IMG/VR virus record: IMGVR_UViG_3300042923_001106 | Coordinates: 1-64,000 of that record | Origin: a virus | Strand: one strand, 5' to 3' | DNA: 64,000 bases | In this document: positions 47,157 through 57,232 of the stretch, in pieces | How the letters are laid out: the number at the start of each line of letters is the position of its first letter | Position numbering within the stretch: the first letter of the stretch is position 1 | Notes under the pieces: model-generated | What the model was told of the DNA's origin: nothing | Seen by the model: the letters and a program-made list of their open reading frames with translations, nothing else | The model's database searches: none | Translations under genes and position numbers: made by a program

Positions 47157-47411
47157 GTGTTTACCATTTCGCTATCATACAAAATCAAATTGTTGTCACA
47201 AGAAGAAAAAAGTAAATTTATTAGCATGTTAGATAAATGTTTAAAACTCCAATCTTTTTGGGTTAAATGTTTACTTGATACTAATAAAACAAATGAACAA
47301 TGTGACTTTGCATTAAATAAATTATATTCAATAGAGCAAGAGTTCAGAAACCGATTTAATTATTTGGGTTTGGATAGTTTCAGATTAAACGATAATAAAC
47401 TGTGCCTATAA
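47157..47411 (+). CDS. Hypothetical protein
   Basis: AAAGGA RBS; stop overlaps an 18-bp palindrome. Confidence 0.55.
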   Translation: MFTISLSYKIKLLSQEEKSKFISMLDKCLKLQSFWVKCLLDTNKTNEQCDFALNKLYSIEQEFRNRFNYLGLDSFRLNDNKLCL

Positions 47412-47435
47412 AATGTTACTTTTATTCCTTAAAGG

Positions 47436-47460
47436 ATCGGCAGCCATGCCGGTTTTTGTT
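47436..47460 (+). terminator. Rho-independent terminator
   Basis: ATCGGCA-GCCA-TGCCGGT followed by TTTTGTT. Confidence 0.65.
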
Positions 47461-47677
47461 TGTGTCTAAGCGTCTATATTCGCTTTATCATTGCTTATCC
47501 AGAATTTAAGTATATCCCTATGATTGAACCTAGAAACGTCTTACATTGGGTTTGTGGCGTTCTCAGCTCATATAAAATAAACATAAACAATAGTAAATAA
47601 AACATTTGTTTATCTATTCTTAGTATGATAATATTAATTTTAGGGATTCTATTCGCCCTAACATTAAATAAAATGGA

Positions 47678-48328
47678 GTGGTTTTTATTAAAAAGTGTTC
47701 TGATTGTAATAAAGAAAAACCTTTAAATGAGTATTATTTCAACTTTATTAAAAAGAAAAATGGGGAAGTTAAAATTTCGTATCATCCCAGATGTAGAGCG
47801 TGTTCGGTAATTCGTAATTCTGAATACCGAATAAAAAATGACAACAGAGAGAAAAGATTGGTGACACAAAAGCAATATAATAAACGTGAAGAAACTAAAG
47901 AATATCAAAATAAAATGAGGAGAGATGGATATAGAAAAGAATATTTAAGCGAGTATAGGAAAAGTAATCCTAATAAAATTAAAGAATATAATAAGAAGTA
48001 CTCAAACAAAAAGCATAAAATCACTATGAAAGAATGGGATGCCTGTCGTTTATATTTTGACTATAGGTGTGCATATTGCGGCAAAACTTGGGAGCAGAAT
48101 AAAAAAGAAACAAGAAAAGATTTACATCAAGAACATGCATATGATGACGGTGCGAATGATCTAAGTAATTGTATTCCATCATGTCAAAGTTGCAACAGTT
48201 CAAAACGTGAAAATGATTATATAGAGTGGTATTCGATTAATAACCCTTTGTTTAAGCAGGAAAGAATAGAGAAAATAGATAAATGGTTAATTGAGGAATA
48301 TAAGAGATATATTGAATTCATCCAATAA
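47678..48328 (+). CDS. HNH endonuclease
   Basis: CSDC N-terminus; CAYCG...HQEH...GANDLSNCIPSCQSCNSSK HNH core. Confidence 0.85.
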   Translation: MVFIKKCSDCNKEKPLNEYYFNFIKKKNGEVKISYHPRCRACSVIRNSEYRIKNDNREKRLVTQKQYNKREETKEYQNKMRRDGYRKEYLSEYRKSNPNKIKEYNKKYSNKKHKITMKEWDACRLYFDYRCAYCGKTWEQNKKETRKDLHQEHAYDDGANDLSNCIPSCQSCNSSKRENDYIEWYSINNPLFKQERIEKIDKWLIEEYKRYIEFIQ

Positions 48329-48385
48329 ATTACTGTTTTCATTCACCTATTTAAACTATAATCACAGTAAAGGAGTGAGTACATT

Positions 48386-48604
48386 ATGAATCAAATCACG
48401 AGTTTTTTAATCTATACGCAATACGGATTAGTTAATATCGTACATTCTCTAGAGGAATTGCAGCAGATTGAAAAAATAAATTGGATAAAGGTCGAGATAT
48501 GGAAATTTGGAACACGTCAAAATGTTATCGAAAAATGGAACGGCTACGATAAACTAATGGAATATGCAATCTTTTATTTCAAATTGATTCAGCCTAACAA
48601 ATGA
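48386..48604 (+). CDS. Hypothetical protein
   Basis: AAAGGAG RBS; stop overlaps a palindrome. Confidence 0.6.
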   Translation: MNQITSFLIYTQYGLVNIVHSLEELQQIEKINWIKVEIWKFGTRQNVIEKWNGYDKLMEYAIFYFKLIQPNK

Positions 48605-48700
48605 AAACTGGATTTTATCAATATGAATAAAATAAATGTTTGTAATAAAATAAATGTATGATATAATGTATTTAGACGAAAGAAGAAAGGGGCGATGTAA

Positions 48701-48895
48701 ATGATTATCATACAAGGTGCATACACCATTATGGCAGCAAACATAGCAACGGGAGAAACTGTACAGCATGACATGATTCTTCCTCTAGACGTAACCACTA
48801 TTCAACTTAAAAGGTTTTGTCGTCAAAAGTTTACCCGATTTATTGAGATAACAGATTTTGAACCAATACAAATGGAATTGAGCGGTGATAGATGA
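48701..48895 (+). CDS. Hypothetical protein
   Basis: Promoter-like -35/-10 at 48639-67 and AAAGGGG RBS. Confidence 0.55.
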   Translation: MIIIQGAYTIMAANIATGETVQHDMILPLDVTTIQLKRFCRQKFTRFIEITDFEPIQMELSGDR

Positions 48896-49005
48896 TAAGT
48901 AGATTAACTCGTTCGAGCGAGTATAAAAAGGCCACTAGGCTCGAAGCGTTCCCCTGTAATGGGGAGGAGGCAAGATAAATAATACATAGTATGGAGGCGT
49001 TCCAA

Positions 49006-51792
49006 ATGCACTATATTTACAAACGGGAAGCAAAGGTAATGATTGCTCATGCACTCGAAAAAAACGGATGGAAAGTTTACGGCTATCACGAAGACCAATC
49101 CGACAGCATGACCGACTATTATCACCCGGCCTCGTGGGATGGAATCGCTACAAAGAACGGTCATACACTCGTTATTGATAATTCCAATACATACTATTCC
49201 GGTTATGAAGTAAAGAAATATAACTATTCTGCACGTAAAGCTGTTGTAAATAACAATAACAAGATTGAAAAACTTCGTGCACTCGCTAATGATGAAGGAG
49301 CGACAGAAGGAGAAAAGGCGGCAGCACGTGAAGGAATCGAGCGCCTAACAGGTAAAGAAGCAAATGACGAACCTACATGGACAGTCATCGGCACTTACCC
49401 AACGTTTGCCCACGGTAATCCGGGTAAATGTTCATGGCACATAGAAAAAGACGGTCAAATATTGGCTAAAGGAACCGGCGTGTTTGCTTGCAATGAGTAT
49501 GATTGGGAGGACAAGACAAAAACAGCAGCAGAACAGAAACAGGAAAAAGTTACAGATATTATTGCTCGATTTGAAAAGGTATTAGGGGATTCTGATGCAC
49601 TGCAAGCCGAAGTAATTAAAGTTGAAAAGAAAATTATTAAACATGTAGAAATTGAAAAGACAAGTGTAACAGAAAGTGAAATTACCGAATGTTTTACTTT
49701 TATTATGAAGATTGATTACACGGGAGGTAATTGGAAGGGCAATAAATGGCAGATGGTTAGAAGATATGACAGCGAGAAAAGCGGAGCGAACTTTATATTT
49801 CAGCGCTTAGGTAAGCGCGGCAAGCCTGTTAATGGTGATTGGTGGTTAAGTGTTGAAAAACTTAATAAGATTCTTTCCAAAGGACACATTGCAATTGTAG
49901 AAATGCAAGAGGTTACAGAATACGAAGAAAAGACCGTATTTAAGAAAACTGGACGCAAGCAGCCTCAAGCAAACTTTGACAATGACGCTTTACCGGGAGA
50001 TGTTGAGGAGGAAACAACAGAAGAAACTACACAGGAGTCCGCACAAGCAAAGAAACAAACTGTAAAGCATGAAACAGTATCCGACAACGATCAAGCGACT
50101 AAAAAGCAACTATGGGCGCTACACTGTGCAACAAAGTTAAACACGACTAACCTTTTTATTACAAAAACTAAAGCGTCCGAGTTAATCAGCAAATCGAAAG
50201 CCGGTACAGATATAACGGACGAAGTGAAAGCATTATTAGGTATTGTAGACGCTCCAGAAGTGAAAGAGGAGTCGATAAAAGTAAATGCACAAGAGAGTCA
50301 ACAGAACGACGAAGATCCTGCAGATTGGATCTTAGACTATGCCACAAGTATTATAATGGATGATAATACGGATTCGGTTAAGAAACCGGAAACGGAGGAA
50401 GAAAAAGCAGATTTTAGAAACAAAATAATTGAGTATGTGAAGTACAAAGGAGATTCTGTTACCCAATCTCTTATCAATCATTTTATCTCATTAGGTTCTG
50501 GCGTAACCATCTTGTTAATTGTAGAGGCTTTGCAATCATTGAACGGTTCCCATAACAGCATAGACGAATTAAAGCAGGATGATTATACATTCAATATCGA
50601 TTCGTCATATCTGTACCACGATATACATTTCAAAGCATGGAACATGGAAATAGAACAAATTGAGCCGTATTTGAATGTTCGGGAAATACCATTTTACATT
50701 GCTGGTGATAAGTTTATATGTAAAGGTTTGACTATTGAACAAGTACAATTTATCGAAGGTTTGAACGCATCCAATCAGGCGATATTGTTTTATGATGATA
50801 AATACAACGAAAAGCCCAATAACAGCACCAGAACAGAAGAGCTTGAGAATCAGAATGAAAACACAATTTTATCATCCGATAACATTATATATCATAACTT
50901 TACCAGCAACCAAACCAATAAAGAGGAGACTGAAAACGAATATATGATTGACGATGACTTTTTAAGCAAATTTGATAATGTCGAAGTAACAAATGAGTCA
51001 AAGATTGCCGCTGATGACTTGGAATTCTGTAAGGAACAAGAAGACATTTATAAAAAACTTATTTCAACGTATAACAGTTTTAGTAGTCAATTGCAGGACA
51101 TTTCAAAATTAACTAAATCCATTAGTGAAAATTATACTTATACTAATAATGGATATACGCATAGACACGATACAGCATACTCTAGCAGCTTTTCACAAAG
51201 CGATATTAATGAAAAAATTAATAAAATGAAAGATCGCTTTATTAGCACAATCTGCTATTACTTTGAAAGAAAATACAATATAACAATTCAAGAAGAGAAA
51301 ATACAGAAAAAATATAAAGAATCCGTAACACTAGAAAACATTTTAGATGAAATACATATACAGTTAGAAGGATTCAATTTCACTGAGAAAGCAGAAAAAG
51401 AAATCAAGGACAAATCAAAAGAAATTGTAAGAAATAGTGATAAAATTACAATTAAAAACAACAAATTAATAATTGATGCTTGGTTTTCTCGCCTTGATTC
51501 AATTTGGAAAGAGTATAGAACTAACGGAGAAAGACTTACCAATATTTTTAATGCTCTCCAGCACTTCGAAAATGGGCAAATAAAAGGCAATGAGGAACTA
51601 ACTAAGAAATATATTGGCTATGATAACGAACGCAGCCAGTCAAACTATGAACGTTATGAACCGACAACATTAAGTAAAGTTGCTTCGATCAAAATTTTGA
51701 AAAATGGAAAACTTGAAATTGAATTTAAATCAAATCAACAGGCTACACAATTTGCAAAGGTTTATTGCGGATACAATCAAAAATCAGCATAA
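49006..51792 (+). CDS. Large polyvalent (multi-domain) early protein
   Basis: ATG 49006 after GGAGG; mosaic of segments (DQSDSMTDYY; KLRALA..EGATEGEKAAA; ATKKQLWAL; C-terminal DDFLSKFDNVEV region) joined by acidic linkers. Confidence 0.7.
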   Translation: MHYIYKREAKVMIAHALEKNGWKVYGYHEDQSDSMTDYYHPASWDGIATKNGHTLVIDNSNTYYSGYEVKKYNYSARKAVVNNNNKIEKLRALANDEGATEGEKAAAREGIERLTGKEANDEPTWTVIGTYPTFAHGNPGKCSWHIEKDGQILAKGTGVFACNEYDWEDKTKTAAEQKQEKVTDIIARFEKVLGDSDALQAEVIKVEKKIIKHVEIEKTSVTESEITECFTFIMKIDYTGGNWKGNKWQMVRRYDSEKSGANFIFQRLGKRGKPVNGDWWLSVEKLNKILSKGHIAIVEMQEVTEYEEKTVFKKTGRKQPQANFDNDALPGDVEEETTEETTQESAQAKKQTVKHETVSDNDQATKKQLWALHCATKLNTTNLFITKTKASELISKSKAGTDITDEVKALLGIVDAPEVKEESIKVNAQESQQNDEDPADWILDYATSIIMDDNTDSVKKPETEEEKADFRNKIIEYVKYKGDSVTQSLINHFISLGSGVTILLIVEALQSLNGSHNSIDELKQDDYTFNIDSSYLYHDIHFKAWNMEIEQIEPYLNVREIPFYIAGDKFICKGLTIEQVQFIEGLNASNQAILFYDDKYNEKPNNSTRTEELENQNENTILSSDNIIYHNFTSNQTNKEETENEYMIDDDFLSKFDNVEVTNESKIAADDLEFCKEQEDIYKKLISTYNSFSSQLQDISKLTKSISENYTYTNNGYTHRHDTAYSSSFSQSDINEKINKMKDRFISTICYYFERKYNITIQEEKIQKKYKESVTLENILDEIHIQLEGFNFTEKAEKEIKDKSKEIVRNSDKITIKNNKLIIDAWFSRLDSIWKEYRTNGERLTNIFNALQHFENGQIKGNEELTKKYIGYDNERSQSNYERYEPTTLSKVASIKILKNGKLEIEFKSNQQATQFAKVYCGYNQKSA

Positions 51793-51852
51793 CAGGAGCA
51801 TAAAAAAGGAGCCAGCGTTTTTATAAGTTGGCTCCTAGAAAGAAGGTTAATC

Positions 51853-54800
51853 ATGTATCAGATATCTAATACGGTCATACCACAAAATAAACGCGAGACG
51901 CTAAACAACAAAATTTTGCATCTGATCGAGAATAACCTAACTCAAAAATATAACGTGACTCCCAGTGATGTCTACAACGGCTATACGGGTTTCGGTGGTT
52001 TGCATGGTCTGAACTACAACGATTTCAATTCATATCATGCATTCAGTGAAGCGAAAAAACAAATCGAACTAGGGGCATTCTATACGCCTCATCATGTCTG
52101 CAAATTTCTTATAGAATGCTTGAAACCTTCTAGCCACGATCTAATAACAGACATGACATGTGGAATCGGAAACTTTTTTAACTGGCTTCCGAATCATTCT
52201 AATGTATATGGAAATGAAATTGACATTCGCGCTTACAAGGTGGCAAAATATCTTTACCCAAATATCAACATAACAGCGGATGACATTCGAAGCTGGTCAC
52301 CTAGCGTTTCGCTCGATTTGGTTATCGGTAATCCCCCATATAATCTAAAATTTAAAGTAGGCAAAGACGAATACCTTTCACAACTATACTACTGTCTAAA
52401 GTCTTATGACGTTCTCAAGCCTTCTGGACTTCTCGCTTTAATCCTTCCAGCATCATTCCTAGCAGATGATTTTAGCGACTCAGGCATGATCAAAACAATC
52501 AACGATAAATTTAACTTTATATATCAGGCCGAATTACCTTCTAATGTGTTCAAGTCTGTATCTGTAGAAAATTATCGTACCAAAATTATGTTCTTTCAAA
52601 AGAAAAGCGAACAAATAGCAGCCGATAAACCATATTCCACAACTTTACCTATAACAGCCATTGATCAAAATAGCAGCGATTTTATTTATAATACATATAT
52701 CAAGCCAGTTATCGAACAAAAAGAAAAAGTTAAGCATAAATTGTTTTTTGAGCAATTACATAGTAACAGTGGTGACGTAGAATTTCAGGAGAAAGTAAAA
52801 AAGTATCTCTTTGATATCAAGCGCAATAAATATGTTAAAAATTACTATGCCAAAGCTACTGAGTACGTGAATAGATATCACACGCAGAAACAACCTGAAG
52901 GAATGAAGTGGGATGAGTGGGAAAAGATCAGAATCAAAAAAGGAATGGTATTGTCATATCTTAAGAGAATCATCAAGAATCAACATAACAATGAACGAGA
53001 TGAGATACGGCTAATTAAAACAAATTTTTCAATCAAACTCAAGGGATACTCTCAGAAAAATAAAATATATCTATCCAAGTTTACCGGAACAAAAGAAATA
53101 TCATTCAATGATATGATCCTTAATGGCTCCTATCCATTTGAAGATGAAACATATAAATTTTTATATAACAGCAAACGTAAAAAGTTTCTAGTGCAATCAA
53201 AACCATTTAAGCAGATTAATGAAAATTCTAATATCAAATCATGGTTAGACAATTTCAGCCTGTACAATCAGGAAAAGAAAGAAACAATTCACCTAAAGGA
53301 TTTTCAAAAAGAGGATTTACAGAAGATCCTCCAGAAAGACAAAGCACTATTGGCTTGGAATGTCGGCCTCGGTAAAACAGAAGCGGGAATCACATGGATG
53401 TCATACATCAACCAGCATAAACATGTTAAGAATACATTCATTGTTTCATCTAGTATTTCAATTAAAATGACATGGACTCAACGGCTATCGAACTATGGCA
53501 TTAACTTTAAAAAAATAGAGTCACTAAAGGATATTAAAACTTTAACAAAAGGCGAGATTGTGCTAATCTCCTTTAGTATGCTTGTTAAGTACCAGAAGCA
53601 CTTAAAACATTACATCAAGAAGCAAGGAAGAAAACTAGCATTGATTCTCGATGAAAGTCACCGCTGTATCTATCCAAACACAAAGACAACGAAAGCAGCC
53701 TTATCTGTATTTCAACGTGTACCGTATAAATTATTAGCTTCTGGAACGCCAACGAAAAACAATGCTAACGAATTGTATTTACAATTCATGATCTTGTATG
53801 GAAGTAGCATCAATTTCTTATGTGAGTGTGAATATATATCTGTAGAAGACAAGAAAACCGGAGAATGGAAAGAGGTTCAGAATAAGTACTACATGAAGCC
53901 ATTCCCACAATATAATCAATCATTGTTTTCTGCTTGCTTCTCGCCAAAAAAAGCATCAGTTTTTGGAATTGAAAAAGGCAACCAAAATATTTTAAACTCG
54001 GATAAGCTGATTAAACTAATTGAAAAAACAATTATAGTGCGTAGTATGTTCGAAGTGTTAAACAGAGATATGGTCGAGTTTAAGACTCATCGTATAGAAC
54101 AGAACGTGAACGAAAAAGAAGTGTATCGGCTAATCATGGAGGAGTTTCATTCTATGGTTAGGAATTACTATGGATCGACTGGAAACCACAGAAAAGATAC
54201 TATGTTGCGGATCATCCAGCAAATTATGCTTCTTCAAAAAGCCGTAAGTATCCCACATAAACTAAAAGAGTACAACGGATACAAAGAGCCGAATAAATAC
54301 AAGAAAATTGTAAATATAGTAAACACTGCTAAGAACGAAAAAGTAGCATTAGGTGTAACGTTTATTGATTCGGCTACTTACTACTATCACAAGTTAAGAA
54401 GCGAGTTTCCAGATAGAAGGCTGTTCCAAATCCTTGGTGAAACACCATTCAAAAAACGCCAAGAGACTATTCAAGAGTTCGAGTCAACTACAAATGGCAT
54501 CCTTGTTTCGTCCCAACAATCACTCTCCGAGAGCGTCAATATCCCATCCTGTGACGTAGTAATATGCGAAGGTCTTCAATATAACATAGCCAACATTATG
54601 CAGTATGTGGGACGATTTACGCGCTTAAACAGCGAGAATAAGACGGTTATTCACTTTGTAACATATATAAACTCATTAGAACAGAATATTCTAGCTCTAT
54701 TAATGGCAAAGCAACGCATAAATGAATTTATAAAACAATGTGAGTACAAAGAAGATGCTGTGATATTTGATGAATTTGGAATCAGTTTGGATATTTTCAA

Positions 54801-54873
54801 CAACATCATCACAAAAGAAAAAGACGAAAACGGTCTGACAAAATTGAAATGGGGAGAGCAGTCAATTGTCTAA
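51853..54873 (+). CDS. N6-adenine methyltransferase + SF2 helicase fusion (DarB-like)
   Basis: GAFYTP, DMTCGIGNF, GNEID and GNPPY MTase motifs; GLGKT, DESH, SGT and QYVGRFTR helicase motifs. Confidence 0.85.
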   Translation: MYQISNTVIPQNKRETLNNKILHLIENNLTQKYNVTPSDVYNGYTGFGGLHGLNYNDFNSYHAFSEAKKQIELGAFYTPHHVCKFLIECLKPSSHDLITDMTCGIGNFFNWLPNHSNVYGNEIDIRAYKVAKYLYPNINITADDIRSWSPSVSLDLVIGNPPYNLKFKVGKDEYLSQLYYCLKSYDVLKPSGLLALILPASFLADDFSDSGMIKTINDKFNFIYQAELPSNVFKSVSVENYRTKIMFFQKKSEQIAADKPYSTTLPITAIDQNSSDFIYNTYIKPVIEQKEKVKHKLFFEQLHSNSGDVEFQEKVKKYLFDIKRNKYVKNYYAKATEYVNRYHTQKQPEGMKWDEWEKIRIKKGMVLSYLKRIIKNQHNNERDEIRLIKTNFSIKLKGYSQKNKIYLSKFTGTKEISFNDMILNGSYPFEDETYKFLYNSKRKKFLVQSKPFKQINENSNIKSWLDNFSLYNQEKKETIHLKDFQKEDLQKILQKDKALLAWNVGLGKTEAGITWMSYINQHKHVKNTFIVSSSISIKMTWTQRLSNYGINFKKIESLKDIKTLTKGEIVLISFSMLVKYQKHLKHYIKKQGRKLALILDESHRCIYPNTKTTKAALSVFQRVPYKLLASGTPTKNNANELYLQFMILYGSSINFLCECEYISVEDKKTGEWKEVQNKYYMKPFPQYNQSLFSACFSPKKASVFGIEKGNQNILNSDKLIKLIEKTIIVRSMFEVLNRDMVEFKTHRIEQNVNEKEVYRLIMEEFHSMVRNYYGSTGNHRKDTMLRIIQQIMLLQKAVSIPHKLKEYNGYKEPNKYKKIVNIVNTAKNEKVALGVTFIDSATYYYHKLRSEFPDRRLFQILGETPFKKRQETIQEFESTTNGILVSSQQSLSESVNIPSCDVVICEGLQYNIANIMQYVGRFTRLNSENKTVIHFVTYINSLEQNILALLMAKQRINEFIKQCEYKEDAVIFDEFGISLDIFNNIITKEKDENGLTKLKWGEQSIV

Positions 54874-54895
54874 GGGAGAATCGAATATTCTCCCT
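54873..54895 (+). terminator. Hairpin at the end of the DarB-like gene
   Basis: AGGGAGAAT-CGAAT-ATTCTCCCT. Confidence 0.55.
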
Positions 54896-54985
54896 AAAAT
54901 AAAACTTGATTTTTATAAAGTAAAAGTATATAAATAAAATTAACAAGTAAACCAATTGCAGAAATTTTAAGGGAGGAATACAAAA

Positions 54986-55075
54986 ATGTTCAAAAGCGGA
55001 AAAAGGATTAACGGCAAGTTGTATGTGCGAACCCATAAGGGAAATCTAATTGAATTATCGCTGCTAATTATATAA
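54986..55075 (+). CDS. 29-aa peptide
   Basis: MFKSGKRINGKLYVRTHKGNLIELSLLII; strong AAGGGAGG RBS. Confidence 0.5.
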   Translation: MFKSGKRINGKLYVRTHKGNLIELSLLII

Positions 55076-55100
55076 GTAAAAACATAATATAAAAGGGGTT

Positions 55101-55499
55101 TTGTTTATAATGACTGAACAATTGGTAATGGACATAACAAATGATCTGAAAGCAACTGGCAACTTTAAACAGTACAACATTTCCGACATAAACAAGCACT
55201 ATCTTGATTCGTTTCAAAAAGGAAAATACCCGGATCTTTTGACTGATAAAAAGCAACGAATGAGTTTTAACCAATACCGATGCACCGTGAACAATTTTCT
55301 CGAATCGCTTTCTAAAGACGTTGCAATGGTTAAACGTGAGGATATTGATAACTTTCTTGCCCTGATCCCGAATGAGACGACAAGAGGCAACAAAGCAGCT
55401 CACATAAAAAGCTTCCTTGTATATCTCATATCTAACAATGTTAAGAATTGCACGAGCAAGATAAGTCGGGACTTGTTGATAAAACTTTTGGAGATGTAG
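55101..55499 (+). CDS. Stand-alone integrase N-terminal (SAM-like core-binding) domain protein
   Basis: YRCTVNNFLESL...EDIDNFL...KAAHIKSFLVYL; no catalytic domain. Confidence 0.55.
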   Translation: MFIMTEQLVMDITNDLKATGNFKQYNISDINKHYLDSFQKGKYPDLLTDKKQRMSFNQYRCTVNNFLESLSKDVAMVKREDIDNFLALIPNETTRGNKAAHIKSFLVYLISNNVKNCTSKISRDLLIKLLEM

Positions 55500-55567
55500 T
55501 AACTAAACATGATCCAATGAAATCAGAATTTTATTTGGAGTAAAAAATAAAAAATGGAGTGATAACA

Positions 55568-55714
55568 ATGAAAACAAAAGAAGAATTATTAAAGTATTAT
55601 GAAAAGCAACTAGAAAAGGTAACTAACACCTACAAAGATGATCATAGAAAAGAAGAATACATCAAACAAGCAGAGGAAAATTTAGAGGCAGTAAAGAACG
55701 GGAGAGAGTGGTAA
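55568..55714 (+). CDS. Hypothetical 48-aa protein
   Basis: Read manually: MKTKEELLKYYEKQL...KNGREW; GGAGTGA RBS. Confidence 0.6.
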   Translation: MKTKEELLKYYEKQLEKVTNTYKDDHRKEEYIKQAEENLEAVKNGREW

Positions 55715-55720
55715 TTAATT

Positions 55721-55954
55721 ATGAAACTATACAAAGTTTACGAAGGTAGCATTGAAGCAATGAAAAATACGCCTTGCAAAGTTGTTATATTTGCAGATGG
55801 GAATAACATTAAAATTTTTCAAAAAGCTTTTTATAGAAATAAATTAAGCAGACCAAACTCGATAAGAAATATAATTTTAGAAAAAACAAAAAATATCAAT
55901 TCAATTGAAAGTGTTCTATATTCTTCGGGCTTCGTACCAAAGGAAGTACATTAA
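55721..55954 (+). CDS. Hypothetical protein
   Basis: Coupled small ORF in the array. Confidence 0.55.
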   Translation: MKLYKVYEGSIEAMKNTPCKVVIFADGNNIKIFQKAFYRNKLSRPNSIRNIILEKTKNINSIESVLYSSGFVPKEVH

Positions 55955-56161
55955 ATGTTAATACAATACGAAAAAATTAAAGTCGGCGATACATTGATTT
56001 GTAATGTATTAAGTAATAATGGAATTACACAAATCGAACATATTGTAACTAGAATAGAATTTTTGGATATGTATGGAATCAGATCAGATATTAATAAAGA
56101 AGTTGCTATTCTAGGCGCAAGTATCTTAGAACATAAAACGTCTAATAACACAACAAAATAA
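55955..56161 (+). CDS. Hypothetical protein
   Basis: TAAATG coupling to the previous ORF. Confidence 0.55.
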   Translation: MLIQYEKIKVGDTLICNVLSNNGITQIEHIVTRIEFLDMYGIRSDINKEVAILGASILEHKTSNNTTK

Positions 56162-56192
56162 TGCTTTCATCGTCACTTAGGAGCGAACCACT

Positions 56193-56438
56193 ATGCTAGA
56201 CTCAAAAATTATTATGTTAATCCATAACAGAAAAGCAGAAATAAAGCAGGGGCAGAGACAACAATTAATTAAGCATGGGTTCGGAAAAAATTCAAGGGAT
56301 ATTGATAAACAAGCAACGGATGCGTTTTTCAAAATGGCCGAAGAAAGCAAAGAAGACCTAAATGCTTATATTGAATTTGAAAAAGATTATGTCGAGTGTA
56401 ATCAAAGACTTATTCAGTTAAGACTTAGCAGCCAATGA
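56193..56438 (+). CDS. Hypothetical protein
   Basis: AGGAG RBS. Confidence 0.55.
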   Translation: MLDSKIIMLIHNRKAEIKQGQRQQLIKHGFGKNSRDIDKQATDAFFKMAEESKEDLNAYIEFEKDYVECNQRLIQLRLSSQ

Positions 56439-56549
56439 AAGAAGTTTTCGCAGCCCAATGGGACATGTTATAATTGTCATAATATACATAGGCTAACACT
56501 TAACAGTCAAGGGGAATGAAACCAGTCTTTCATAGGATAACAGAGAGGA

Positions 56550-56807
56550 TTGATAAAAATGGAAGAGGTAAAAGTAGGTTTCCAGCATCCTGATTATGGT
56601 ATTCCATGTATCGCAATATGGGATGAGGATGGGGAAACATTGATGTTTGATATTGAAGATTACGAAGAAGCAGAGAAATGGAATCCCGCCGAAGACGTTG
56701 AAGCGGTTCGTCAATGGTGCATGAGGAACGCAATTAACTGTGACAGTGCAAATCGAGCAAATAATCACTTGGCATTCCTAGGAATTAAAGAGTGCATAGC
56801 CGATTAA
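56550..56807 (+). CDS. Hypothetical protein
   Basis: AGAGGA RBS; acidic small protein. Confidence 0.55.
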   Translation: MIKMEEVKVGFQHPDYGIPCIAIWDEDGETLMFDIEDYEEAEKWNPAEDVEAVRQWCMRNAINCDSANRANNHLAFLGIKECIAD

Positions 56808-56857
56808 TCACCCTAAATAGGTTATAAAACAAGTATTTTATCTCATGAACAGGGGGA

Positions 56858-57130
56858 TTGCCTGTGCGCTGCAAAGTGTCAAATGGGTATGCAGAAATCG
56901 GAGATATTATTTCTGTTAGTGAGTATGGTAATGCGCAATATAAAGTCACTGAGTTTGGGGACTATGAAGGCGCGCCGCAAATTAGATATCGAAGGATTTT
57001 TCCTGAGACTGGTGAATTCTATCCAGATACAATTGGATCATGGATGAGCTTAGAAGATGCTTCAACGGAGTTAAGATTGGTTAGCCAAAAGAAAAAGTTT
57101 AGTCTTCGTAATTGGATTAGTGGCAGATGA
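56858..57130 (+). CDS. Hypothetical protein
   Basis: Flanked by palindromes at 56824 and 57127 (the latter on its TGA). Confidence 0.55.
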   Translation: MPVRCKVSNGYAEIGDIISVSEYGNAQYKVTEFGDYEGAPQIRYRRIFPETGEFYPDTIGSWMSLEDASTELRLVSQKKKFSLRNWISGR

Positions 57131-57232
57131 AAACGGCATTTTATTTAGGATTTTTCTCTAATGAATTCTACATACACATTGTGGACTAGATTAAGATGCC
57201 AAAGGATATAAAATAAAACCAATGATGTAACT

